Assembly: GCF_018977255.1 (NCBI RefSeq)
Contig: NW_024705471.1
Span: 1-42,094, forward strand
Reading direction: 5' to 3'
Source of the DNA: Callorhinchus milii
Lineage: Eukaryota
Length of the DNA stretch: 42,094 bases
Under the pieces are notes generated by a model. The model ran no database searches. It was not told the DNA's origin and worked only from the letters and a program-made list of their open reading frames with translations. Each line of letters begins with the position of its first letter. Position 1 is the stretch's first letter. Below are positions 1-12,003 of this stretch, one piece after another. The translations under genes were made by a program, and so were the position numbers.

Positions 1-1100
1 CTGGGATATTCCTTCTTACAAAATTATTAATAATAAAATGGTCACTCAATCCATGAATGTTTGTGGGTTAATGCTGCACGCCACTATCTTCAGCATTTTG
101 CCCACAAATTATACAGTCAATTCACGTTACAATATAATGTGAAGCCCTTTTAGACGACTCGAAGACAAGAAGGGTCACATGTCGAATGCAAGAGATATTA
201 TTATTAAGAATAATATTGCTCGCTGGGCATTTGTTCTCGGGTTAGGGTTTGAGGCGTTTTGGGAAGGGTATGATTACCAACAAAAAGGCCAAAGAGAGGT
301 TTTGAGAATGATCGTGCACATGGGGAGGAAGGGAATGGGACACATGACAAATGGAATTAAGCTCTCGAAAGATTTAAATCTCTCCCGCTGATGTTGGGCT
401 CGATAAAGCTGGGAAATGAAGCAAGTATGTGCCTGCAGAGGCAACTGAGTGGTCCAGGCCATCGGGTTCGAAGAGGTGGAGTAGATTTTGAATGAGATGA
501 TTTAAAGATAAGACGGGGATACAGAGCTGTATCAGCTGGGGATTGGGGATTCAATGGAACCTAACAAGGATGGTAGGCTCTGGTATCTTGTGTGGGAAGG
601 ACACGGGCTTCGGAATTCTGGGGAACCTGATGCCGTCTCGGGAATTAGAGTGTTTTCCAAACAAACTTAATTAACTCTATTTAAATTGGCACCTGTCAAA
701 GAGACTGATCGTGGGCAAGGTGATAAATTATTATCATAGGCAATCATTTATTATTTTGGAAATACAATTGCATTAAAAGTGTTGAGTAAAAGCGACTAAA
801 ATGCGTACTCACCCGAGATTTCAACATGCAACATCTGATATTTTTATTCATTTCTCACCTCCCAAATCGACAACCGCCACACAGCGACAACAGCCCATTC
901 GCCCAATAAACAGCTGCAAATTTCGCGGGTGAAATTGCGGAAAGCTAACAGTGCTGAGGGTGCTTTACGTTGTCTCTCACCCTGATCGGGGAGATTGTAC
1001 GGACAGTGAAGTGGGATCTTGTCCTAGTTCGTTGGATGGACAGTGTAGTATTTCATGCATTTCTATTCACGTAGAAGTTTATAATCGTTTGAGGCAAAGT

Positions 1101-1226
1101 TTAACAATGAAATACTTTAGCAATTAGAATCAATGGAAAAAGCACAATTTTTAAGGTGGTGTCTGAATTTAATCAGAGTAATCACGTAAAGGCACTGGTA
1201 CAGGAACTCAATAACACCAGGATGCA
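1101..1226 (-). pseudogene. GPR139-like receptor pseudogene relic (TM7, helix 8 and C-terminus), truncated at a Penelope-like element
   Basis: Minus strand gives CILVLLSSCTSAF..VITLIKFRHHLKN..FPLILIAKVFHC* with frameshifts. It is an inverted paralog of 17110-17240. Confidence 0.75.
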
Positions 1227-2382
1227 CAAAACACAAAATACTGCAGAGGATGGAATCTGAAACAAAGATAGAGAGAGCTGGGAAACCTCTCCAGGTCAGG
1301 AAGTATGAACGGAGAAAGGAAAGTGAGTCAACGTTTCGGATCCACGACCCTTCGTCAGAACTGGGGCATGTTGGGAGGCAGCGGTTTTTACGAACAAGGT
1401 TGAGCGGGGTGCCAGTAAAAGGACGTCAAAGAAGACAAAATAAGACAAAGGAGGGAATGTGCTACTTGATGGATTAAAGAGGTGATAGGGGCGTAAAACA
1501 AAAGGATAGTGTGCAACAAAAGGGGTGGCGGGGGCTTTGGTTGAAAGAAAACTGGGGAGAACAGCAGTTAATGGTGCAGAACAGGTAAAAAAAAACAGAG
1601 AGAGACAAAGAGTGTCTGTGGTGATGATTGTAATGATAACAGAAGGTAACTCTTCTGGTGACAGAAATAAATGGGGAGGGACGTTCAGCTGTTAGTCGCA
1701 AGTTACTGAAACCGATATTGAGGCCAGATGGCTGTAGTGTTCCGAGCAGATGTATAAGATGCTGTTCTTCAGATTTTCGCTCAGGATCTTTGGGGCAGCG
1801 CAGGAGACCATGGATGGAGGGGTCAGACTGTGAATGGGACTGTGCGTTGAAATGGCAGGCGACAGGAAGATCGGGCTTCACCTTGCGAACAGAATGGAGG
1901 TGTTCTGCAAATCGATAACCCAATCTACCCTGAGTCTCCCCAATATGTAGGAGACCACACCAGGAGCATCGGATACAGTAGTCGGTAATGGTGACAGTTC
2001 ATGTAAACCGCTGTCTTACATGGAAGCTTTGGTTTGGGCCTTGGAGTGTGGTCTGGGAGGAGGTGAAAGGGCACGTATTACATCTATCCGCTGGCATGTC
2101 AAGGAGCCAGGATAAATGGCGTATAACAAAAGGAGAGACTGTACAACAAGAGGGGCGAATGAGTTGAACCAAAGCCGAGAAGAAGAAATGTTATTAGTGC
2201 AGAACAGGGAATACACCAAAGAGAGGCAAAGATTATCTGGGGTGATGATTGTAATGAAGCAGAAGATAACTATTCCGGTAGCATAAAGAGTAGGGGGGGG
2301 GGGGGGGGGGGGGGCAAGGTGAGGTGATACGGTCCTTGTTTTTGTTTCAGATTGCAACATCTGCAGTTATTTTGTGTTTTGA
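1227..2382 (-). mobile_element. Penelope-like retroelement fragment (GIY-YIG endonuclease end plus pseudo-LTR)
   Basis: Translation gives YCIRCSWCGLLHIGETQGRLGYRFAEH..VACHFN..GTLQPSGLN. There is a partial tandem duplication (about 1490-1680 vs about 2118-2300) and an inverted terminal segment (1228-1267 vs 2340-2380), both typical of Penelope-like elements. Confidence 0.85.
1326..1362 (-). ncRNA. Minimal type I hammerhead ribozyme motif in the Penelope pseudo-LTR
   Basis: AGTT-CTGACGA-A-GGGTC-GTG-GATCC-GAAAC-GTT-GACT contains the CUGAnGA and GAAA cores, stem II, a palindromic AACGTT stem III and a short stem I. Confidence 0.65.
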
Positions 2383-3245
2383 GCAAATAAATCAGGATTG
2401 GCGTGAAAAGGTCAATAATTAGACGAGAAGGACTGTAATCGATGAACAGAATTGAATGCATATATTTCACATTTACATAACAAACTGAGATCAGTTAAGA
2501 TATAAGATAGAGGTTTTCTGGGAATCGGAGCAGTTGCCGGTGGAGTCAGAGGGATATGGGAAATTAATTTGCTGCAACCATCTGCCCACAAGTATTACTG
2601 GATCACCTGAATTGGTACTATGCCTTCAATACAATATATGCCTGTGTTTTAGCTATTGTTAAATAATAAACTCCGTTACACCAATTTGGATTGTTGACTC
2701 ACATTTCGATCTCAGGAATCGGAGATCCCAGCAATCCACAGCTTTTGGGGGAGAGATTTTGTACCTTTGTGGAGAAAAGAAAGCTTCCTGATTTGATTCC
2801 GACATGGCCTAGATCTAATCTTAACATGAAGCTCCTTGTTGCGTATTATCCCAAAAGAAATAATTTATCGGCTGCTGCCCTATCCAATCCCTATCAACAA
2901 GGCCGAGCTACGGAGAAAGGAACTCTGGTGCAACAACAATAAAAACGTGCATTGTTTTAGCGCCAGTCTCGCAGGGTAGGGCCCGGAGCGCAGAGGTCTG
3001 ATGGAGTCTGATGCTGAGCTGGAGAGAGATGGGAAGGTATCTGTCAGCATGACCAAAGGGGAAGGTCATCAGCTGCGACCTGAAGATTCGGAAAGATTGT
3101 GTAAGGCGATGGGTTTGAGCGAGAATATTCCAGAATGTCTGTGTTTAGTGAGCGAACAACTGGGAGAATAACAACGAGAGTATTTATGACCAAGAGGACT
3201 GGTTGGTCGAGGCGAAATTTAAGGTCGTGTGTGGGTGGGGTGGGT

Positions 3246-3997
3246 GTGAGGGATACGGACTCTGTGTGTGGGGAGGAAGGAGGAGACAAAAAGAGACTGT
3301 GTGTGAGACAGACAGAGAGTCTGTGTGTGTGCGAGGCAGAAACTGTGTGTGAGAGACACAGAGAGATTGTGTGTATGTGAGACAGAGTGAGAGAGAATCT
3401 GTGTTTATGCCGGTGTGTGTGTATGAGAGAGAGAGAATGAGAGAGAGTCTGTGTTTGTGAGACACAGAGAAAGACTTTGTGTGTCTCTGACTAAGAGACT
3501 GTGTAAGAGAGAGAGAGAGAGAGGGAGACCGTGTGTGTGAGAGATAGAGAGAGGCTGCATCTGTGTGTGTGTGAGAGTGACAGAGAGAAACTCTGCGTGT
3601 GAGTGAGAGATAGAATTTGTGTGAGAGGCAGAGAGAGATTGTGTGTGTGTGAGAGAGAGACTGTGTGTGTGAGTCAAAAAGAAACTGTATGTATGAGAAT
3701 CACAGAGAGAGTCTGTGAGTGCGAGACACAGAGACCGTCTGTGTGTCGGTGTGTGTGTGTGAGTGAGAGAGCGAGAGATTCTGTGTGTTTAAGAGAGACA
3801 GAGAGAGACTCTGGGTGTGGGAGACAGTGAGACACTGTGTTTGTGAGAGACAGAGAGATATTGTGTGTGTGAGAGAGAGAGAAACCGTGTGTGTGTGATA
3901 GGCATGGAGTGACTATTTATATGAGAGACAGAGACGGATTGTGTGTGTGAGAGACAAAGAGAGAGAGATAGAGACGTTTCCTGTGTGTGGGAGAAGT

Positions 3998-4041
<44 letters not shown>

Positions 4042-6350
4042 TGTGTGTGAGAGAGAGAGAGACTGTGTATGTGAGGCAGAGAGACTGTTTTTGAGAGAGA
4101 GTGGAGAGAGAGAGAGAGAGAGAGTGTGTGTTGAGAGGCAGAGAGAGGCTGTTTGTGTGAGAGAGAGAGAGCGATTGTATATGTAAGAGGCAGAAAGAGA
4201 CTGTGTGCTTGTGAGAATTAGATAAAGACTGTGTGAGAGAGACAGAGAGAATCTGCGTCTGAGGGGGAGAAACTGTGTGAGTGAAACAGAGAGATTGTGT
4301 ATGAGTGAGACAGAGAGAATCTGTGTTTGTGTGTGTGAGAGAGAGAGACTGTGATTGTGAGAGACAGAGAGAGACTTTGTGTGTCTGTGACTGTGAGACT
4401 GTGTATGAGAGAGAGAGGAAGGGAGAGAGAGGGAGAGAGAGATCATGTGTGTGAGAGACAAAGAGACTGAAGGTTTGTGTGATGGAGAGAGAGAGAGAGA
4501 GTCTGTGACTGAGAGAGGCAGAGAGAAAGATTGTGTGTGTGAGACAGAAAGAGACTGTGAGTTTGTGAGAGAACGACAGAAAGAGACTGTGTGTTTGTGA
4601 GAGAGAGACAGAAAGAGATTGCGTGTTTGTGAGAGAGGGAGACAGGGAGAGACTGCGTGTGTGTGTGTGAGAGAGAGAGAGAGAGACAGAGAGAAAGCGT
4701 GTGAGAGAGAGACGATGTGTGGGAGAGGGAGGCTTAGTGTGTGCGTGAGAGAAAGACTATATCTGTGTGAGAGGGAGAGACGGCATGTTTGTGTGTGTGT
4801 GACAGAGAGAGAGAGACTGTGTGTGAGAGACAGAAAATGTGTGTTTGTGAGAGAGACTGTGTGTGAAACAGAAAGAGACTGTATGTTTGTGAGTGAGAGA
4901 GATATAAAGAGACTGTGTGATTGAGAGAGAGATAAACAGAAAGAGACTGAGTGCTTTTGAGAGAGAGAGACAGAAAGAGACGGTGTGACTGTGACAGAGA
5001 GAGACAGAGAAAGATTGTGTGTGTGTGAGTGTGTGTGTTTGCGTTTATGAGAGAGAGGGAGAGAGAGAGAGCGACTCTGTATGTGTGAGAGAGTATGTGA
5101 GAGAGAGAGACTGTTTGAGTGAGAGAGAGAGACTGTGTGTTTGAGAGAGAGACGGTGTGTGTGTGAGAGAGAGAGCGAGACTGTGTGTGTGTGTGTATGA
5201 GAGAGAGAGAGATACTCTGTGTGTGAGAGAGGCACAGCCGGATACTGTATATGTGTGTTAGAGAGAGAGAGAGACATAGATAGAGACTATGTGAGTGTGT
5301 GTGAGAGAGAGAGTGACTGTGTGTGTGAGATAATAAGAGACTGTATGTGTGAGAGGCACAGAGAGTGACTGTTTGTGTGTGACTGAGAGACTGTGTATGT
5401 GAGAGAAATAGAGAGAGGGAGACCGTGTGTGAGAGAGACATAATGTGTGTCTGAGAGAGCCAAAGAGAGACTGCTTGTGTGATACAGAAAGAGATTGTGT
5501 GTTTGTGAGAGAGAAACAGAGAAAGACAGTGTTTGTGAGAGTGGGAGAGAGAAAGTGTGTGTGAGAGAGAGACTGTGTGTGTTAGAGACAGAGAGACTGC
5601 GTGTATGTATGAAAGAGAGAGGCTGTGTGAGAGAGAGAGTGACTGTATTTGTGAGAGAGACTGTGTGTGTGTGAGAGAGAGAGACACTGTGTTGTTGTGA
5701 GAGAGAGAGAATGTGTGTGTGAGAGAGAGTGAGTGTGTGGTAGAGAGAGACGGTGTGTGTTAAAGAGAGCTGTGTCAAAACAGAGACGTTGTGTGTGAGA
5801 GAGACTGTGTGTGTGAGAGAGAGACTGTGTGTGTGAGAGAGAGAGACTGTGTGTGTGTGAGAGAGAGATTGTGTGTGAGAGAGAGACTGTGTGTGTGAGA
5901 GAGAGAGACTGTGTGTGTGAGAGAGAGACTGTGTGTGTGAGAGAGAGAGACTGTGTGTGTGAGAGAGAGACTGTGTGTGTGAGAGAGAGAGAGAGAGTGT
6001 GTGAGTAAGATAGAGACTGTGTGTGTGAGACAAAAAGAGACTGTGTGTGTGAGAGAGACTGTGTGTGTGAGAGAGACTGTGTGTGTGAGAGAGAGACTGT
6101 GTGTGTGAGAAGAGAATGTGGTGTGTTGTGTGTGTGACAGAGAGAGAGAACGTGTGTGTGTGTGAGAGAGAGGGAGACTGTGTGTGTGTGAGAGAGAGAG
6201 AGAGACTCTGTGTGTGTGTGTGTGTGTGTGTGACGGAGAGAGAGAGAATTTGTGTGTGTGAGAGAGAGACTGTGGGGAGATGTCTGTGTCTCTGTGTCTC
6301 TGTGTCTGTGTCTCTCTGTGTCTATGTCTCTGTCTCTGTGTCTCTGTGCC
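3246..6350. repeat. About 3.1 kb compound (GA)n/(GT)n microsatellite-minisatellite
   Basis: Alternating GA and GT runs. A nearly homogeneous GAGAGAGACTGTGTGTGT-type 18-20 bp unit occupies about 5790-6110. Polarity switches to TCTCTGTG at about 6280. Confidence 0.97.
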
Positions 6351-6354
6351 TGAC

Positions 6355-6492
6355 CCCCCCCTCGCCCCCACATCCGAGGGCTCTGAGCCGCGCGGCATGC
6401 TGGGAGCTGTAGTTCCCGGGGGTCTGTGGCTGTGATGGTGACAGAGAGAGTGAGTGAGTGTGAGAGAGATAGCGACTGACCTGCGGACGTCA

Positions 6493-6534
<42 letters not shown>

Positions 6535-6900
6535 ATCACTCTCTCTCTCTCCCTCTCTCTCTGTGTAACTGCTGCCGCCGCCATTGCCCTTTGTCTCTGT
6601 CTCTCGCTCTCTCTCTCTCTCTCTCTCGAGCTGCCGCCCACGGTCTCCGGGCACCTGACGCCATGACGCTTTCAGGATGCGCTCGAGCCGACGTCAGCAC
6701 GTCCATTCGTCTCGGTGTACGTGTGTGTGTGTGTGTGTAGCTGTGACAGCACGTACGGCACCGCCACCCAGTGCTCGCCGCCATTGTGTACGGCGCCGCA
6801 AACCCTGCGCCGACGGCCATGTTGTACGGCGCCGCAAACCCACCGCTGACCGCCATGTTGTACGGCACAGCTTCTCCGCTATGTGGCTCTCAACCTCTTT
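6355..6900 (-). promoter_or_regulatory. CpG-rich promoter-like island with ZNF143/Staf, YY1-like and CRE-like motifs
   Basis: GAACTACAGCTCCCAGCATGC on the minus strand at 6395-6415, several ATGGCG/CCGCCAT motifs, TGACG half-sites at about 6656-6696, and high CpG density relative to the rest of the window. Confidence 0.6.
6753..6868. repeat. 36-bp GC-rich tandem repeat, about 3 copies
   Basis: GTACGGC recurs at 6753, 6788, 6824 and 6860. The unit is about GTACGGCGCCGCAAACCCNNCGCNGACNGCCATGTT. Confidence 0.9.
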
Positions 6901-7000
6901 CTCTCTCACGTATTGACCTTGAGCGCCTCCAACCATTTAATACCTCCACTCTGTTCATTCGTTTCTTATTTGGCCTTCTGCTGCGAGGCGCCTGTTATAT

Positions 7001-9110
7001 AACAACAACAACAAAATGATATTTATAGACGCCTTTCACGATGGGAGGACGTCCCACAGCGCTGAACATTCAGGTGTCGGGGCCCGAGCAGGGTGGCGGG
7101 GTGGGGGTGTGGGTTTGGTTAGGGCGGAGTGGTGGGGGTGAAGGGTGGGGGAGGGATCCTGTAGAGGTGGGGCTGATGGTGAGAGGTGGAGGGAAGGGTT
7201 TGTGTAGGGGTGGGGAAGCGGTGGTGTAGGCGTGGGGGAGTCGTGGTGTAGGGCTTAGGGAAGGCAGGGAGATGGGAAGTAGACCAAAGGCACGTTCGAA
7301 CAGAAGGGATTAGATATCGGCTTTCAAGGAGGAAAGGGAGGAAGCGAGGAGAAGGGACCGTGGGATGGAGTTTCAGAGTATGGTGGTAGAGTGGCTGAAA
7401 GCCCGTCCACATATGGTCGGGCGGGAGACATGCACCGGACCGGAGCATGAAGAACGGAGAGAGCGGGCCAGTTGGTAGGGAGTCAGGAGGTCAGAGAGGT
7501 AGGAGGGAACAAGGCCATGGATGGCCTTCAAGGTAAGGACCAGGATCGTGAACTGGATCCTCAGGGGGATGTGGAGCCAGTGGAGTCGGGTGGGAGTGAC
7601 GGGGTCGCGGTGCCTGCTGCGTGAATGTACACGAGCTGCTGGGTTATGGATGATCTGCAGCTTGTGAAGGGAAGAGATGGGAAGGCCGATGAGGAACGAG
7701 TCAGCAAGCCTTGAGGTGTCGAATACGTGGGTGAGGGTTTCGGCAGCCTGAGTGTTGAGACAATGGCGGAGTCTGGCAATATTGCGGGGATGGTGGTAGG
7801 CAGTGCCGGTAAATGCGCGAATTAGGGGGGAAAAGGACAATTCAGGGTCAAACAAGTTGCCCAGGTTCCTGACTGCCTTAGTGAGGTTGAGTGCGCAGAT
7901 GTGGAAGCTGATGACGCCTGAGAAGCGGAGGCGATGGCGCGAAGCAATCAGGAGGATCCTGGTCTTGCTGATGTTGAGATGGAGAAAGTTGGCCCTCGTA
8001 CAGGACTTGATGTCTGACAGGCAGTCGGTCAGGACGCCAGTAGTTCTGGAGATCAGCGTGTTGTCAGAGAAGTAGAGTTGGGTGTCATCCGCATACACGT
8101 GGTTATTTATCCCATTTCTGCGGATGACGCCACCAAGAGCGAGCGTGCAGAGGGTGAAAAAGAGGGGACAGAGGACAGAGCTCTGAGGAACACCGCAACA
8201 GACAATGCAGGGGCTGGAAGAGAAACTGTTTGCCACCACGAAGTGGAGGGGGTTTGAAGGATCGGAGCTGAACCAGTCAAGGACAGAAGCTTGAAAGTTG
8301 AGGTAGGAGGAGAGGCGCTGGTGGAGAATTGAATGGTCCACTGAGTCAAATGCGACGGAGAGGTCCAGTATGACGGGGAGGCAGAAGGAGAAGGAGCCCT
8401 GGTCACACACTGTCAGGATGTCGTTTGCGATCTTGACCAGAGCAGATTCCGAAACCCGATTGGAGGGGATCACGGGGGAGTGAGAGGAGAGCAAATAGCG
8501 AAGCTCGGAAGCAGCGGGTCTATCAAGCTCCTTGGATAGAAAGGGAAGACTTGAGATGGGCCAGTGGCTGAATAGCTGTGATGCGTCGAGGGAAAATTTC
8601 TTGAAATTGTGTGTGACAGTGGCTGTTTTGAGGGGGGAAAGGAACATTGCAAGGTGACAGGGAGAGGTTAATGATGTCGGCGAGTAGTGCGACAAGAGGA
8701 GGGGAATGGATGGGGTCGAGAGAGCAGGTGGTGGACTTCATGGAGGTTACCCTGTTGAAGACAGAGGAGCTTGTGACAGGATCAAAGGTGCGGAAGGAGG
8801 GACGGGTAATTATCTAAAGGGTAATTGTGTGGGGTGGCGTGGGGAGGGTTTGGAAATTGGGAAGGCAGTGGCAGCTCAGCGGATTCCCTTGATTTTGTAC
8901 TCGAGGTTCTCAAGCATTTCCTCGCAGTGAGAGTCAGAGGAAAGTGTCTGCGAGGCTTGTAGGGGTTGGTGAAGGAGCCGGTCAGTGGTGTAGAATAGGA
9001 GCCTTGATTGCCCTTCGCCGGTAGGATGAGCCTCAGAGAAGCAGCTCGTGAGCAGGAGCGGCGTAAATGTTTGAGGGGAGAATGCAGTACACAGAACAGC
9101 AAAATGGAAG
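7001..9110 (-). mobile_element. 5'-truncated L2-clade LINE with reverse transcriptase domain, defective
   Basis: ORF 7373..8695 contains LDLSVAFDSVDH, GVPQSSVLCPLFF, YADDTQLY and LHWLHI..RIQF. The 3' tail is (TTG)n at about 7001. Frameshifts occur upstream. Confidence 0.92.
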
Positions 9111-9249
9111 CAGAAGGTATAAAATACAATAAGAGACATGAACATAAGGACTCACCACCATGTCCAACTGGGTTGCCCAGTGATCAAAGTGGTGGGTTCA
9201 GCATGAAAGTTCCATAGGTAGTTCCACCTGCGGCACATAAGCGGCCAAT

Positions 9250-9560
9250 TGAATGTTTCAATCCTTTCAGTAAATTCTGCAAAAGCGACACCAAGACTAT
9301 CTGCAACAAATCCATCCAACACATGATCATTGAACACATTGAATGGCGTGGGTGACCTTGCCTACAACCTCTTTCAAGGAGGAGGAATTCAACGAGTCCA
9401 CTCTCGATCTTTGCTCGGATCTTGGAGCTAAAATAAACATTATGGATAGAAATTTTACCAGACTTAGCCAGGTTGGAGTTGAATTTTTCTTGATACTCAC
9501 TTTCGTCTTGCGGTCATGAAGAGGCTTTGGATCGAAAGCCTTGCAGAAGACGAGGAACTT
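9250..9560 (-). mobile_element. Ancient non-LTR reverse transcriptase fragment (RTE-like)
   Basis: Across frames it gives FLVFCKAFD, FLLLERGCRQGHP and PFNVFNDHVL, resembling the KAFD and RG.RQG.P RT motifs. Confidence 0.45.
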
Positions 9561-9809
9561 AACTTAGATATATTTACAATTTGATAGAAAGCAACAATCT
9601 CTCCCAAATATTCCTAAACTGAACAGAAGAAAATCCTCAACAGGACAGCAGAAAGCAACAAAGAAATTTCATATAGCGCTGAATGGCTTGGCAGAGCTTA
9701 GTATCTCGAATTGCTTTGATGAGAAACCTCTGACCACTGAACTTGTCCCGACTATGTACGAATGAAACACAGCAAACACAGCATTCTTTCTTTGATAAAC
9801 ATGATGTAT

Positions 9810-10705
9810 TTATTTGCAATGAATCAGAGTAAAAGGGTATTTGAACACATACTTCAGATCCTCTCTAAACTTTGTCTGGGTCACCGCATAGATAAACGTG
9901 TTTGTACAGGAACTCAAAAGCTTAAGCATAAATCCCGTCTGTTGGAGGACATATCGATAGCTGTTGACTTGTAATTGATAATTATAATTTGTAATTGTCC
10001 ATTTCAATGTATAGATAATGTTCGTCATCCATAAGAGTATAAAACTTGCTGATATACCGAAGAGTAAAATAATGGATTTTCTTCGCTTTTCCATTTCTGG
10101 ATCATTCTGTTTGTTCCAATTGTTATTGATCCGGATTCTCCGGCGTGTCCTGCTGGCTAATAAAATGTGTCTGATGGTCAGAGCATTGAAGAGGGAAATT
10201 AAAAGAAATACAACCAGAGGAGTGAAAACTCTGTTGAACCATGCAAACACTCTCCATATTGGCAATGTAGAATAGCTTGGTTTTCCAAGGCAGTAAAATG
10301 GAAAATTGTTAATGATTACCATAGGAGTAAATACAAAATACCATGGAATACTTTGTGCACAGTTTAGCAAAGTCAATGTTATAATAATATAAATAGCGGA
10401 ATTCACAGTGCAATATGTAGTTTTCAACTTCTGATGACAAATAGCCACAAAACGATCGAAAGTGAAAGCAACTGTAAACCAGACTGAACATTTTGTGGCT
10501 AAAGCCACCAAAACAACTCTGATACTGCACACGGGAGTGTAAGATAAGAAACTAATCGGGAAATAAAAATTATTAATGCGATTGAATATTACATCAGTGA
10601 TAATGACCATCAGATCTGCCGCTGCCACGCATACCAAGTAAAGAGTGACGCCTTTGGAGAGACCGCAATTTCCCCGGGCGAGGATCAGAATCGCCAACAA
10701 GTTAA
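9810..10705 (-). CDS. GPCR gene A exon 2 (TM1 to C-terminus); spliced product 321 aa, GPR139/GPR142-like
   Basis: Acceptor ttactttcttcctag|TTAAC. The 896-bp exon joins in frame to exon 1 (G|TT = Val). It has seven hydrophobic segments, AAADL (TM2), TPVC, FDRF (TM3) and SSCTNTFIY (TM7). Intron 10706-12003. Confidence 0.92.
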
Positions 10706-12003
10706 CTAGGAAGAAAGTAAGAGAAGCGAGACAATAATCAGAATCCATACAGTGTATCTGGCTCAGGGACTTCAAATCTGTTAATTTGGTTCCGTCGAGA
10801 ATGAGTATCTTTGATGGCGAATTGAGTAGCCAATTTTTGGACAACACAATCCCCAAGGAAGCAAAGAATCAATTGACGAATTTTCTTTGTGTGATTGTTT
10901 GTCAGAACACCGGGTAAAGTGTCACTCTCTGCTCAAAATGTTATTGTTTTTTTAAAGTCAACCCGACCAGCCAAATAGTACATCTGTCTCATCGGAAGGA
11001 AGGTATTTCCATCAATGCAAAGCATTTCCAATAATACACTTCTGTGTCAGCCTAGACTTTGCGTGTTACAGCACTGGAGGGTACTGCTTGGGGCTGAACT
11101 GCTTCCAAGTTGACAAGCATCGCAAATTAGTGTCGGAAACGGGCCAGTTACATTATCAGAGATGAGGTACTTCAGATAAAATTTTCAACCGAGTTACCAT
11201 GATCTGAAGGACAGCATCTCTGACAGTGTACCTCTTCTCAGCATTGCAATGTGAACCTCGATTGTGAGTTCAATGTACCAAAATGGAGCTTAAACTGAGA
11301 GTCTTGCCTGTCGGGTGTCCGAAACATTCAGAAATCCAATTAAGTGTTCATCATATGTATGCCGAATACACAGGGAAATTTCCATGTGCCTCGAATGCAA
11401 AGAAAAATCTCCCGATCGATGTTTGTATCCTGTTTTCCAAACACTCAAGTTTACTCTGCGCAGAATGGGGAGTTGCTGACAGAGGGCCAAGATTTGCTGA
11501 TCTCAGTCAGCTTATGCATTGCGGGCATTGCTGGAAACTAAGCAACTAAATACAGCATGGATGGCAATTAAATATACTGTCCGGTATGCTTTGCTGCTCC
11601 TTCTCTATCTCGCAACAACCTACGAGGTCGCGATTCGGCTTTCAGGGGTAACAGTTGCAGAGAGAGTCAATCCCTATTCGCTCCAGGTCGTACTGATGAG
11701 CCAGTCGGATTCAGCTTATTAATCGGGAGCAATATTCGGATGTACTCTCACTCTGACTTCCGACTCACGAACCTGCCTCAGCAACCATTATCGACACATC
11801 CAGAGGATTGACTGGGTTATGAAATTCGTTTGCCAACTATTTCTTCATGGAACCAGTTCAGTTCCAAGGAGACAACAGTTACCTTCACCCTCCACCCACC
11901 GTGAATGTTTGAGTAAATTCACTGAGCCAGACAGAATGACAATTAACAGAATACACAGTGAGTCAAGGAGTTTCATAATAATTCTTATGTTAAAATATCT
12001 TAC

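Noticed and set aside
800..950. CpG-containing block with CCAAT and GTGAG donor-like motif (paralog at about 17390-17530)
   Set aside because: Both copies come from the same duplication and look no more conserved than their flanks. No exon support.
2293..2314. G22 homopolymer / G-quadruplex
   Set aside because: Slippage expansion within the Penelope fragment (the paralog has only a short C run) and prone to sequencing error.
3135..6641. Long S/L/H/T-rich and R/E/C/V-rich ORFs (up to 454 aa)
   Set aside because: Translations of the GA/GT satellite, which is intrinsically stop-poor.
7373..8695. 440-aa reverse transcriptase ORF as a host gene or active element
   Set aside because: 5'-truncated L2 with upstream frameshifts, degraded motifs and no endonuclease domain.
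9150..9620. Apparent minus-strand exon pair with GTGAGT donors downstream of gene A
   Set aside because: Translation shows decayed RT motifs (KAFD, RGCRQG) and an in-frame stop. Better explained as an old LINE fragment.
10706..10856. N-terminal 50 aa of ORF 9810..10856 (MGIVLSKNW...)
   Set aside because: Intronic read-through. A canonical acceptor at 10706 and a true exon 1 at 12004-12073 give the family-typical TM1.
11685..11730. CTGATGAG as a hammerhead core in the gene A intron
   Set aside because: No downstream GAAA core or supporting stems.
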